Shown: positions 47,991 to 60,100 of the stretch, in pieces
Numbering within the stretch: position 1 is the first letter of the stretch
How the letters are laid out: each line of letters begins with the position of its first letter
NCBI GenBank assembly: GCA_965368975.1
Contig: CBDUPA010000017.1
Span: 86,325-150,324, forward strand
Length of the DNA: 64,000 bases
Reading direction: 5' to 3'
Origin: an uncultured bacterium
GTDB lineage: Bacteria > Acidobacteriota > Thermoanaerobaculia > Multivoradales > JAHZIX01
Notes under the pieces: generated by a model
What the model saw: the letters and a program-made list of their open reading frames with translations, nothing else
Told to the model about the DNA's origin: nothing
Databases searched by the model: none
Program-made: the position numbers and the translations under genes

Positions 47991-48580
47991 GCGCTGCTCA
48001 AAGGGAGGCTCAGCTGGCGCAGCAAGAACGCCCTCGCCTTGCGCCAGTCACGCTTCACCGTGCGCGCGGAGCAGTCCATCACCTCCGCCGTCTCCTCGAC
48101 GCTCAGGCCACCGAAGAAGCGCAACTCGACGATTCGCCCCAGCCGCGCGTCCAGCTCTTCCAGCTGCTCTAGCGCCTCGTGCACCGCCAGGATGTCCTCG
48201 GCCCGCGAATGCGTGCCCAGCGCGTCGTCCAGCGTCACCGCCGCCTGCCCGCCGCCGCGCTTCTCCGCCCGTCGCTTGCGCGCCGCGTCGACCAGGATCT
48301 GCCGCATCGCCAGCGTCGCCACCGCCATGAAGTGGCAGCGATCCTTCCACGCCGCCTCCCCGTGCCCCACCAGCTTCACGTACGCCTCGTTCACCAGCGC
48401 CGTCGTCGCGAGGGTCTTCTGTCCCTGCCCGTGCCGACGCAACTGACCGCGCGCCATCGCCCGCAGCTCGTCGTACACCAACGGCATCAGCCGTCCGAGC
48501 GCGCCCTTGTCGCCTTCCCGCATGGCGACGAGCAGGCCGGTAACTTCCCCCGACGTCGGGTTCTGTGGCGACGTTGACAT
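47987..48580 (-). CDS. ECF sigma factor (kinase-associated type)
   Basis: VYDELR, TTALVNEAY, MRQILVDAAR, VELRFFGGLS, TVKRDW; ATGA overlap with the kinase gene. Confidence 0.92.
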   Translation of the reverse strand: MSTSPQNPTSGEVTGLLVAMREGDKGALGRLMPLVYDELRAMARGQLRRHGQGQKTLATTALVNEAYVKLVGHGEAAWKDRCHFMAVATLAMRQILVDAARKRRAEKRGGGQAAVTLDDALGTHSRAEDILAVHEALEQLEELDARLGRIVELRFFGGLSVEETAEVMDCSARTVKRDWRKARAFLLRQLSLPLSSA

Positions 48581-48694
48581 GTTCAGCTGGCTGGTTCCGC
48601 AAGGGTTCTGAGACAGTCGGCAGGATACCAGATACCCTCACCTTGAATCCGTGGCGCCCCCGCGCGCGGACGCTGGAAGCGAAAGGAGCCCACC

Positions 48695-49300
48695 ATGACC
48701 ACCCGCCGCCGACTCGCCCTAGCCACCGCCCTGATCCTGCTCGCCGGCCTCGCTGTCTTCTGGCTACTCGCCCGCGAGACTCCCATCCCCAACCGCAACC
48801 CCACCGGCGAGATCTTCCCGTCCGTCACCGGCCAGTCGCTGGAACAGCAGACCGTCCGGATCCCCGCCGACTTCGCCGGCCGTCCCGCCGTCTTCCTGAT
48901 CGGCTACAAACAAGACGCCCAGTTCGACATCGACCGCTGGCTCCTCGGTCTACTGCAGGCCAAAGTCGACGCCCAACTCGCCGAACTGCCGACCATTCCG
49001 GCACTGGTTCCCACCCTCATCTCCGAGACCATCGACGAAGGCATGCGCGGTGGTATTCCCAAAGAAGATTGGGGCGCCGTCGTGACGCTCTACGGCGATG
49101 CCGCCAAACCCGTCGCGGAGTTGACCGGCACCGAACGCGGTCAGGTGGCGCGCGTCGTTCTGCTGGATGGGGAGGGGAAGATCGTCTGGTTCGACGACAC
49201 CGGTTACTCGCCGCGGAAGGCGTTGGAGGTCGCGGAGTTGGTGGCGGGGATGGAGGCGGGAGGGGCCGTCACCAGCCCGGATCCGCCGAGCACTCAGTGA
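48695..49300 (+). CDS. Membrane-anchored thioredoxin-like-fold hypothetical protein (no CxxC)
   Basis: AAGGAG RBS; TM anchor; FPSVTGQSL..PADF.G, VVLLDGEGKIVW. Confidence 0.7.
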   Translation: MTTRRRLALATALILLAGLAVFWLLARETPIPNRNPTGEIFPSVTGQSLEQQTVRIPADFAGRPAVFLIGYKQDAQFDIDRWLLGLLQAKVDAQLAELPTIPALVPTLISETIDEGMRGGIPKEDWGAVVTLYGDAAKPVAELTGTERGQVARVVLLDGEGKIVWFDDTGYSPRKALEVAELVAGMEAGGAVTSPDPPSTQ

Positions 49301-49529
49301 GGGGAGTCTGCAGCCCTTCCCGGATGGACTCTCCCATGCCTGGTATCGACAGTAGATAGAGAGCTTCCTGGATAGCGCTCCAATCCAGCGTTGCCTCGGG
49401 CGTCTTACCTTGGGTCACCAAGATGCCGGCATCGAGGGCAGCCTGGGTAATGTCGCGGTAATGCATGGGTTCGCTGCGCTCGGCCAGGATGTGTTCGGCG
49501 GTGCCGAGGAAGGTGAGCGTCGTGATCAT
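49269..49529 (-). pseudogene. Chimeric remnant: truncated HARE-HTH fused to a YefM/Phd antitoxin C-terminus
   Basis: AEHILAERSEPMHYRDIT...TQGKTPEATL (HARE-HTH) joined directly to DWSAIQEALYLLSIPGMGESIREGL (YefM-like tail). Confidence 0.6.
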
Positions 49530-49705
49530 GGCGCTATCATACGCGGCAATGACGGTTCGCCCTATCGACAGGGCGACTGTAGAGACGCTCGATGCCCCTA
49601 CTTCTTGAGCAGAGTCATGGTAAGCGGTTCGTGGCGCTCATGGACCGATTCATGCCGAATTGGAAGCACTATCGGGAACTTGCCGCTTCGGTGTGAAACC
49701 TGGGA

Positions 49706-50269
49706 CTACTGAGATTCGTCTTCAGGCAACGGACCTCGCCCTTTCACCCACCGCCACACCAAGAACACGATCAGCAGATCGATCCCGAACAGCACCCCCA
49801 ACCACGCCCCTGCCGACACCTCCGCAACGCCGGAGCCGAAGATCCCGGGATCACTCAGGCCCATCTCGCTCATCATGCGCGCGACTTCGCGGATGCCGCT
49901 GGGGATCCGTGACAGGCCGAGGAAGAAGGGGAGGGAGAGGACGCTGGCCCAGGTCCAGGGTGGGGCGGTGTCGGTCTTGGGGCACAGGATCCAGAAGCCG
50001 AGGACGATCACGACACCGGCGAGAGCCCACCAGAGTCCGGAGCCGGAGGTGTTGAAGACGAAGTCGAGGTCGAAGGGGCTCCAGCGACTGGAGAAGCCGG
50101 ATCTGCCTTCCGGCATGCTGAGCAGGTCGAAGGCGGAGCCGCCGCGCCGGGCTTCGACTTGCTTCATCTGAAAGTAGAAGTAGCCCCAGCAGGTTGAAGC
50201 CCAGGCGAGGCCGGCGGCGGTGAGAGAAAGGGCGATCTGGTTGTACTTGCGGATTTTGGATGTGCTCAC
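49706..50269 (-). CDS. Membrane protein with about four TM segments
   Basis: GGAG RBS, GTG start, four hydrophobic segments. Confidence 0.65.
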   Translation of the reverse strand: MSTSKIRKYNQIALSLTAAGLAWASTCWGYFYFQMKQVEARRGGSAFDLLSMPEGRSGFSSRWSPFDLDFVFNTSGSGLWWALAGVVIVLGFWILCPKTDTAPPWTWASVLSLPFFLGLSRIPSGIREVARMMSEMGLSDPGIFGSGVAEVSAGAWLGVLFGIDLLIVFLVWRWVKGRGPLPEDESQ

Positions 50270-50382
50270 AGCGTCTCCTCTCGTGAGTGAACTCCAGGGT
50301 GAATGAGACGTGATGTTTCGGGACGGTTAGTCGCCGTGAGCTTTCATGCGGAAGCCGCCGGATCTGGTTTCCGCGTACTTGT

Positions 50383-50745
50383 TCAGCCGCAGTGCTTGCC
50401 CGTATCCCGGCACTGCCCGCCGCCGACGCACGTGCCACCCGACGCCGCGGCACAGGTGCGTACCGCGCCAGCGCCCGGGTCGGGCACATCCGCCAGAATG
50501 CGCGGCAACAGCAGGTAGCTCGGTGCCTCTGCTGCATTCCAGATCTGCGTGCCTTCCTTCCAAACCTGGTCGTCGCGGTTGACGTTGCCGGCGAGCATGT
50601 TGTGGACCAGCGGGTCGTCGAACAGGATGCCGCCGGTTTCCGGGCCGACTTCGTGTTCACGGGTGACGTGCGTGCCGTCGGGCATGCGCACATCGAGCGT
50701 GACCTTGGTCACTTCACCGCGGGCGAGATTCGATTGAGTGTTCAT
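50383..50745 (-). CDS. 120-aa hypothetical protein with Cys/Gly-rich C-terminal tail
   Basis: AAGGGAG RBS; ends CAAASGGTCVGGGQCRDTGKHCG. Confidence 0.65.
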   Translation of the reverse strand: MNTQSNLARGEVTKVTLDVRMPDGTHVTREHEVGPETGGILFDDPLVHNMLAGNVNRDDQVWKEGTQIWNAAEAPSYLLLPRILADVPDPGAGAVRTCAAASGGTCVGGGQCRDTGKHCG

Positions 50746-51136
50746 GACTCGGCTCCCTTCCGCGTTCCGGTCAAGCCGGGAATCGACACGACCGGTTCAC
50801 TACCAGCTTGCAGCGATACGGCGGTGGCCACCACACCCAAATGGACGGCCGTTTGCGCCAGGCATCCTTGGATGCCCCTGATCCCCTCTCCCTCCCTTCT
50901 GCGCCAACCCACCCAGCAGCAGCTCCGCGCCGACGCGCGCGACCTTTGACAGCGATGTGAACGTGCGACGGTTCGAAAACTCCGACTGGAGAATTTCCGT
51001 ACCTAGGACCGTCTCACCTCTCGAACCCGACTTGCTCCGGCTGTACGCAAGCACTGCCGGTGGGTTCGTAGGCTTTGCTGATTTCCAATGTCGGTCCACA
51101 CATCGACCTTTGATCTGTCTTGTAAGGAGACATGGG

Positions 51137-54100
51137 ATGTCTAGTATCCGCAGGTTTGCCCTCACCTTCCTTCTACTCACCCTTCTTGCTTCCTTCGCCG
51201 CGACGCCGGCCGACGCGCAGTCCTCGACGGACTTCGTGGACGGCTACGGTGACGTGACGGCGGTGGTGCCGCTCGGGGGCACGATCTACCTGCGCGTGTC
51301 GGCGCCAGCGGCGGACAGTCCGCTGCAGATCGACACGATCGTGGTGGACGTGACCACCAGCGGCGGCGACTACGAGGGGCCGACGCTCACCGAGACCGGC
51401 TACTCGACCGGCATCTTCGAAGGGACCCTGAGCACTGACGGCGGCGCCTTGACCACGTCGGACGGCTCGATCTCGGGCGCCTTTGGGCAGACGGTCGACG
51501 TCATCTACTACGAGGTGGGCGGCGGGACTTCGACGGCGCAGGCGACGCTGCGGGGCAGCGTGACGCGCTTTGTCGATGCCGACGGACAGCCGGCGGACGC
51601 GGTGCTGGAGGGCTCGCGGGCCCGCTTGCAGATCGAGGACTACGGCGTCGGTTCGCCGAGCTTCCCGGATTCGATCTCGGTCGACTTGACGGTCAATCTG
51701 ACGGGCGACTTCGAGACGGTGTCGCTCACCGAAACGGGCGATGACACCGGTATCTACGAAGGCGGCATCGATCTGCGCACAGAGGCGGCGCTGGTGAGTG
51801 ACGGTTTCGCACAGACGACGGTGCTGGCGGGACCGCCGGTGCAGGTCGACACGCTGACGGCGATGTACTACGACAACGACATCGGCTCGTCGGACGCGAT
51901 CGATACGGTCGGTTCACGCACCGAGTTCATCGACGCCTACGGGAATGTTCTTGGTGCCGGTTCCACCGGCAATGGCGTGACCGCCTACGCCGCCGACGGC
52001 ACGGTGTACGTGCGCGTCGAGGATCAGAACGCCAACACGCTGGGCCAGTGGGACACCACCAGCGTGATCGTGCGTTCGTTGGCCACCGGCGACAGCGAGA
52101 ACTTGACGCTCGACGAGACGACGCGCGAGTCGGGCATTTTCGAGGGCTCGTTGACACTACAGAGCGGCGCGCCATCGAGCGGAGACGACATCTTGCAGGC
52201 GTCGATCGGTGAGGACATCGAGGCCGAGCACATCGACGCGCTGGGGTATACCTCGTCGCTGGATACGGCGTCGGTGGTCGAGGTGACGCTGGAGTTCATC
52301 GACGACGTCGGGGTGCCGACGGGCACGTTGCTCGAGGGCAGCGTCAGCCGGGTGCGCGTGCGCTACGCCGACGGCAACCAGAACGGCGGCTCGATCGAGA
52401 GCTACAACGTGCTGCTGAGCAGCCTGTACGTGGGTGACCAGGAGACGGTGACGGTCACCGAGACGGCTCCGGACAGCGGCGTCTTCGAAGGCGCCTTCCA
52501 GCTCGTCGTGACGCCGAGTGTGCACGAGGACGGCGCGTTGCAGACCGGCAGCAGTGGTTCGCCGGAGTATCTCTACGACGCGGTGAACGCGCAATTCGAC
52601 TCCGGACTCGGCACCTTCAACGCCTCCGCCACCATGGTGGGCGCTCGCGTCGACTTCCTGGACGCCTTCGGGCGCGTCAGCTCGGTGTTCGCTGTTGGCG
52701 ACGATGTGCGCTTGCGCGTGACGGACTACGTGCGCGGCGTTCCGTCGCTGATCGACACGCTGCTGCTCGACGTGACGGTGCCGGCGACCGGCGATTACGA
52801 GGGCGTGACGCTGACCGAGACCGGCTACGGCACCGGCATCTACGAGGGATCGATCCCGAGCCAGGAAGCGTCCGGCTTCGCCACCACCAGCGACGGCACG
52901 ATCCAGTCCGATCTCGGTAACGACGTGGTGGCGCAGTACTACCCGTCGACGGTGCCGGGCACGATTACCACCTCGGCGCGCGCGGCGGGCGCCGGCATCT
53001 GGTTCATCGACGAGGCCGGGCAGCTGGCGTCCAGCTACCTGGAGAACTCGCGGGTCTACGTGCGCGCCTTCCACGCCGCCTCGAACAACCCGAGTTTCCA
53101 GGACTCGCTGAGCGTCGACGTCTACAGCTTCCTGGCGGGTGATTTCGAGACCGTCTCGCTGTACGAGACCGGGCAGGACACGGGCATCTTCGAGGGTTCG
53201 ATCGACCTACGCACGGATGCGGCTTTCTCCGGTGACGGCTTCCTGCAGACCACGCAGAGCCCCGGCCCGCCGCACGAGTTCGAGACGCTGAGCGCGTCGT
53301 TCTATGACGGCGTCAGCGTCGCCACGACTTCGGCGACTACGCTGGGTTCGACCACCACGTGGATCGACAGCTTCGGCGGTATTCCTGGTGCCGGCTCCGC
53401 CGGCAATGGGCTCAAGACCTACGCCGTAGGTGAAACCGTGTACGTGCGGGTGGAGGATCAGAACGCCAACACGCTGGGCCAGTGGGACACTACGAGCGTC
53501 ATCGTGCGTTCGCTGACCACCGGCGACAGTGAGACTCTGACGCTCGACGAGACGACGCGCGAGTCGGGCATCTTCGAGGGTTCGATCGCTATGCAGCACA
53601 GCGGCTTCGCCAACGGCGGCGATGGTCTGCTGCAGGCGGTCGAGGGTGAGGATGTGGAGGCCGAGCACATCGACGCGCTCGGCTACACCTCGTCCAAGGA
53701 CGTGGCGATGGTGCGCGGCGCCAGCATCACGTTCGTTGACGACGGCGCGCTCGGCGCCGAGGGTGAGCCGACACAGGTGCTGCTGGAGAGCGGCACAGCG
53801 CGCGTGCGGGTGACCAGCATGGCGGCCGACTTCGACAATCTGACCGTCGACAGCGTCAGCGTCACGGTGACGGCGCAGTACAGCGGCGACAGCGAGACCC
53901 TGATCCTGACCGAGACCGACGTCTCGACCGGCATCTTCGAGGGCGACCTAGCGCTGACCGTGCAGCCCTCGACGGTGGAGGACGGCCAGCTGCAGACCAG
54001 CTCCAGCGGTCCGCCCGAGTATGGCCATGACGCGGTGACCGCTACCTATGTAGACGTCGGAGGCAACGAGACCGCGAGCGCCACCATGGTCGGTGCGCGC

Positions 54101-57100
54101 ATCGCCTTCGTCGACGCCAGCGGTGCGCCGGCGGACACCTTCCCGGTCGGCCACCTGCTCACCATCCAGGTCACCGACTTCTCGCGCAACGACGACCAGA
54201 TGATCGACACCATGAACGTCGACCTGACGGTGGCGGCGACCGGAGACTACGAGGGCGTGACGCTGACCGAGACCGGCTACGACACCGGTGTCTTCCTGGG
54301 CCAGGTGGCGACCCGCGAAGCGTCCGGCTTTGCGACTACCAGTGACGGCACGATCCAGGCCGACATCGGCAACCAGGTGCGGCTGGACTACTACCCGTCG
54401 ACCGTGCCGGGCACGCTGTCGACCGTGACCACGGCGGTCGGAGCGACGGTGCTGTTCATCGGCGACTTTGGCGGCGAGCCGGCGAGCGTCTTCCTGGAGG
54501 GCTCGCGCACCTTCGTGCGGGTGTTCCACGCCGCGTCGAACAACCCGAGCTTCCCCGACTCGCTGAGCGTCGACGTCTACAGCTTCCTGGCCGGCGACTT
54601 CGAGTCGCTGACCCTGAGCGAGACCGGGCAGGATACGGGCATCTTCGAGGGCTCGATCGATCTGCGCACCGACATCGCCTCGTCCGGCGATGGCTTCCTG
54701 CAGACCACGCAGAGCCCCGGCCCGCCGCACGAGTTCGAGACCTTGGAGGCGTCGTTCTACGACGGCAATGCCGTGGCGCGCGCCTCTGCCTCGACGCTAG
54801 GCTCGCGCAGCTACTTCCTCGATGGCTTCGGCAATGTGATCTCGACCTACGCCGCGGGTGAAACCGTCTACCTGCGGGTCGAGGATCAGAACGCCAACAC
54901 CTTGGGGCTATGGGATACCACGAGCGTGATCGTGCGCTCGCTGACCACCGGCGACAGTGAGAACCTGACGCTGCTCGAGACGACCCGCGAGTCGGGGCTG
55001 TTCGAGGGCTCGATCACCATGCTGCACTCGGCGATCTCGAATGCCGGCGACGGCCAGCTGCAAGCGGTCGAGGGCGAGAGCCTGGAGGCCGAACACATCG
55101 ATGCCCTGGGCTACACCTCGTCCAAGGCCACCGCCCAGGTCGAGGACGCGCGACTGCTCTTCCTCGACTCCGCCGGGGCGCCGACCTCGACCCTGCTCGA
55201 AAGCGGTACGGCGCGCGTGCAGTTGCTCTACCTGCTGGGTAATCTCGATCCGGGTACCGCCGAGAGCTACACCGTCGACGTCAGCAGCCTGTACCAGGGC
55301 GACGCCGAGACGGTGACCATCGTCGAGACCGGCGATGACACCGGCGTCTTCGAAGGCTCGATCGCGCTGACGGTGCAGCCCTCGACGCTCGGCGACGGCC
55401 AGCTGCAGACCGGTAGCAGCGGTCCACCTGAGTATGGCTACGACACGGTGAACGCCGGCTTCCTGGTGACCTCGACGGTGCTGGTCGAAGCCAGCGCGCA
55501 GACCGTCGGCGCCGCGGTCGAGTTCATCGACGCCTACGGCCGTGCCACCAGCAGCTTCGCCGCCGGTGACCAGGTGCGCCTGCGCGTCACCGACTTCTCG
55601 CGCAACGACGCGCAGATGATCGACACCATGAACGTCGACCTGACGGTGCCGGCGACCGGCGACTACGAGTACGTGGCCCTGACCGAGACCGGCTACGACA
55701 CCGGTGTCTTCATCGGCAGCGTGGGCAGCCAGGAGGCCTCCGGCTTCAGCACCGTCAGTGACGGCACGCTGCAGGCCGACATCGGCGACAGCGTGCGCGC
55801 CGACTACTACCCGTCGACGGTGCCGGGCACGCTGAGCGTCAGCGCGGCTTTCACCGGTTCGTCGGTGCTCTTCATCGACCAGCTCGGCGGCGCGCCAGCG
55901 GATGTGTTCCTGGAAGGCTCCACCGCCTATGTCCGGGTCTTCCACGCCGCCTCCAACAACCCGAGTTTCCCCGACACGCTGAGCGTCGACGTCTACAGCT
56001 TCCTGGCTGGTGACTTCGAGTCGGTCTTCCTGAGCGAGACCGGGGCGGATACCAGCACCTTCGAAGGCTCGATCGACCTGCGCACCGACAACGCGTCCAG
56101 CGGCGACGGCTTCCTGCAGACCACGCAGAGCCCCGGCCCGCCGCACGAGTTCGAGACGCTGGAGGCGTCGTTCTACGACGGCTACGCCGTGTCGCGTGAC
56201 AGCGCGTCGACGCTCGGCTCGCGCACGTTCTTCCTCGATGCTTACGGTGGCCAGGCGGCGATCTACGCCGCGGGTGAGACCGTCTACGTGCGAGTCGAAG
56301 ACCAGAACGCCAACACGCCGGGTCTGTGGGATACCACCAGCGTGATCGTGCGCTCACTGACCACCGGCGACAGCGAGACCGTGACCCTGACCGAGACCAC
56401 CGAGGTCAGCGGCATCTTCGAGGGCTCGATCGCCATGGCCGAGACGCCGACCGCCAGCGCTGGCGATGGCCAGCTGCAGGCGGTCGCGGGCGAGACGCTG
56501 GACGCCGAGCACGTCGACGCGCTGGGCTATACCGCCTCCAGTGACCAGGCGACGGTCGACGCCAACGCCGTGCGCTTCCTCGACGGCCCGGGCGGCGCCA
56601 CCACGTCAGTGCTGCTCGAGAGCAGCGTCGCCTGGCTGCGCGTGGTCGATGCCAACGCCAACGCCAACGGCTTCGGTCCGGAGCAGGTGACGGTCAGCGT
56701 CTCCAGCCTGTACCAGGGCGACAGCGAAACGGTGACCCTGGGCGAGACCGGTGACAACACCGGCGTCTTCGAAGGCTCCTTTCAGCTGACGGTACAGCCG
56801 TCGACGCTGGGCGACGGCCAGTTGCAGACCTCGTCCAGTGGACCGCCGGAGTACGGCTACGACCAGGTGACCGCCGACTACTCGGGCGGGCCGGGCAATG
56901 CCAGCAGCGCGACGGCGACCCTGACCGGCGCCAGCCTCGCCTTCCTCGACGCCTTCGGCGCCGAAGTCACGACGACCCCGGTCGGCGACCTGGTGCGCAT
57001 CCGCGTCACCGACTACTCGCGCAACGACGACCAGGTGATCGACACCATGAACGTCGACCTGACGGTGCCGGCGACCGGTGACTACGAGTACGTGGCGCTG

Positions 57101-60100
57101 ACCGAGACCGGCTACGACACCGGCGTCTTCGAAGGCTCGATCACCAGCCAGGAGGCCTCCGGCTTCAGCACCACGAGTGACGGCACGCTCCAAGGCGACC
57201 TGGGCAACGCGGTTCGGCTCGACTACTACCCGTCGACCGTGCCGGGCACCCTGTCGCTCGAAGTCACGCTGACCGGCGCGTCGGTGGCCTTCTTCGACGC
57301 CCTGGTTTCCGAGGGTGGGCAACCGACGGAGGTCTATCTGGAGGACTCGCGCGCCTACATCCGCGTCTTCCATGCGGCCTCCAACGATCCCTTCAACGTC
57401 GATTCGCTCAGCGTCGATCTCTACACCAAGCTCAGCGGTGACTTCGAAACCCTGACCCTGAGCGAGACCAGCCAGGACACGGGCATTTTCGAGGGCTCGA
57501 TCGACCTGCAGTACAGCGGTTCCTTCGCCACCTCGGGCGACGGTCAGTTGCAGACCTCGCAGGCCCCGGTGGGCAGCGTCGAGATCTTCGACACTCTGAC
57601 CGTCAACTTCTACGACGGCGTTGCGGTGACCTCCGACACGGCGCGCCTGACCGGTTCCACCACCGCCTTCACCGACGCCTACGGCAACGCGGTGGGCAGC
57701 TATCCGGCCGGGCAGACGATCCACGTCGAGGTCGAGAGCCAGAGCTCCAACACGCAGGGCCTCTACGACACCGTCAGCGTGACCGTGCGCGGCCTGAACT
57801 ATGGCGATAGCGAGACGGTGACCCTGAACGAGACCGATCCCGTCTCGGGCATCTTCCGCGGCTCGATCGCCATGAACCAGGACGTCGTGAGCGCCGGAAA
57901 CGGAGCGCTGCAGGCGCTGGTGTCTGAGATCCTGGAGGTCGAGTTCGTCGACCCGCAGGGCAACAGCGCGTCCAAGGACACCGCCGAGGTGGTCAACCAG
58001 AGCCTGGTCTTCATCGACGGTCCCGGCGGCTTGCCCACCGGCACCGTGCTCGAGGGTGGCGTGGCCTGGCTGCGCGGCTTCAAGAGCGCCAACAACCTGT
58101 ATCCCGACACCGTCGAGTCGGTCTTCATCGACGTCTCGTCACTGTTCGGCGGTGACTTCGAGTCGATCGAGTTGATCGAGACCGGCGTCGATACCGCGAC
58201 CTTCGAGGGCTCGATTCAGCTCACCGTCGGCGCCGGCAATTTCTCCGGTGATGGCCAGCTCGAGACCGGCATCGGCGGTGCGCCGGAGTATCCCTACGAC
58301 ACCGTCAGCGGGATCTACGGCGACGCCACTGCCACCGCGACCACGATCGGCGCGCGCGTCGAGTTCGTGGACGCCTTCGGCAACGTCAGCACGTCCTTGA
58401 CCGTCGACGACCTGGTACGCCTGCGCGTCGTCGATCACGTGCGCGGCAGCGCGGGCATCGTCGACACCGTCAACCTCGATCTGGCGGTACCGGCCAACAG
58501 CGACTACGAGAGCGTGACGCTGACCGAGACCGGCACCGACACCGGCATCTACGAAGGCGGCATCGCCAGCGAGCGGGCGTCGGGCTTCAGCACGCCGAGC
58601 GATGGCGCGGTGCAGATCAACTACGGTGAGCTGGCCGTCGCCACCCACTACCCGAGCACCGCGCCGGGTTCGGTGAGCGCCCAGGCGGTGGCCGAGGGGG
58701 CGTCGATCCACTTCCTCGACGCCCCCGGCGGCAGCCCGGTGACCAGCTACTTGCAGGGCTCGGAGCTGACGCTGCGCGTGTTCTACGCCCAGGCCAACTT
58801 CGACCCGACGCAGCTCAACACCGTCAGCGCCGACGTCAGCGCCAACCTCACCGGTGACTACGAGAGCGTGACGCTGACCGAGACCGGCGCCGACACCGGC
58901 GTCTTCGAGGCCACCCTGCCGATGGCCGTCGCCAGCTCCGGGACCAGCTTGGACGGCGTGCTGCAGACCTGGCAGCTGGCCGGCCCGCCGGTGGTCGGGG
59001 ACACCCTGAGCGCCACCTTCTGGGGCGACTTCCCGCAGCCGGTGACCGCGACGGCGACCACCGTCGGCTCGTCGACCACCCTGATCGACGGCGCCGGCAA
59101 CAGCGTCGACAGCTATCCGACCGGCGGCACGCTCTACGTGCGCGTCGAGGACTACGCCGCCAACACTTCACCGGGCGCCGACACCACCGGCGTCGAGCTG
59201 ACCTCGGCCGGTGCCGGTGACGTCGAGACGCTGATCTTGACGGAGACCGGGGCTTCCACCGGTATCTTCGAGGGCAGCATCCAGCTCAGCGACGACACCG
59301 CGTCGCCGCAGAACGGCGTGCTGCAAGCCTGGTTTGGTGATGTCGTAACCGCAACACACATCGAGACCAGCGGCGCCACATCGTCCGACCAGGCGACGAT
59401 CGTCGATACCGCGGTCACCTTCATCGACGCCGACGGTCTACCGACCACCACGGTGTTCGAGGGTGACCTGGCCCGAGTGCGCGTGTTCAGCGCCATCGAC
59501 AACTACGATGCCTTCACCGTCGACGTCTTCTACGCCTCCGTCGAGAGCGCGGCAGGCGGTGACTTCGAGAGCGTGACGCTGACCGAGACCGGTCCCGACA
59601 CCTCGACCTTCGAGGGTTCGATCCAGACCGATGCTTTCAACGTCGGCTTCAGCGGCGACGACCTGCTCTACGTCGGGCAGGGCTCGTTCGCGGAAGGTAA
59701 CGATCAGCTGACCCTCACCGGCGGCTACCAGACCGCCACCGCTAAGACGGTCGGCGGCAACGTGCAGTTGATCGACGCCTTCGGCCAGGACGCCACGGTC
59801 TACGCCGCGGGTGAGACGGTGCATGTGCGCGTCACCGACAAGAACCGCGACGGCGAGGGCTTGGTCGACTCCTTCTCCGTCGACCTCAGCTCGCCGGAAA
59901 GTGGCGATACCGAGTCCGTTACGGTCACCGAGACCGGTCCCAACACCGGCATCTTCGAGGGCAGCCTCGCGACGTCCGAGAACTTCAGCAGCACTGACGA
60001 TGGCGTCCTGACCGTCCAGGTGGGCGGTAGCGTCGACGTGACGCACACCTTCTACTTCAACGGCAGCGCCAGCGACAACGCGTCCATCGCCGGGGCGAAG

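Noticed and set aside
50750-51130. Riboswitch or ncRNA upstream of the giant gene
   Set aside because: No recognisable c-di-GMP or other riboswitch consensus by eye; an Infernal/Rfam search would be needed.
52019-59147. Possible diversity-generating retroelement template/variable repeats
   Set aside because: No reverse transcriptase in the window; differences are not adenine-specific and all copies lie in one ORF.
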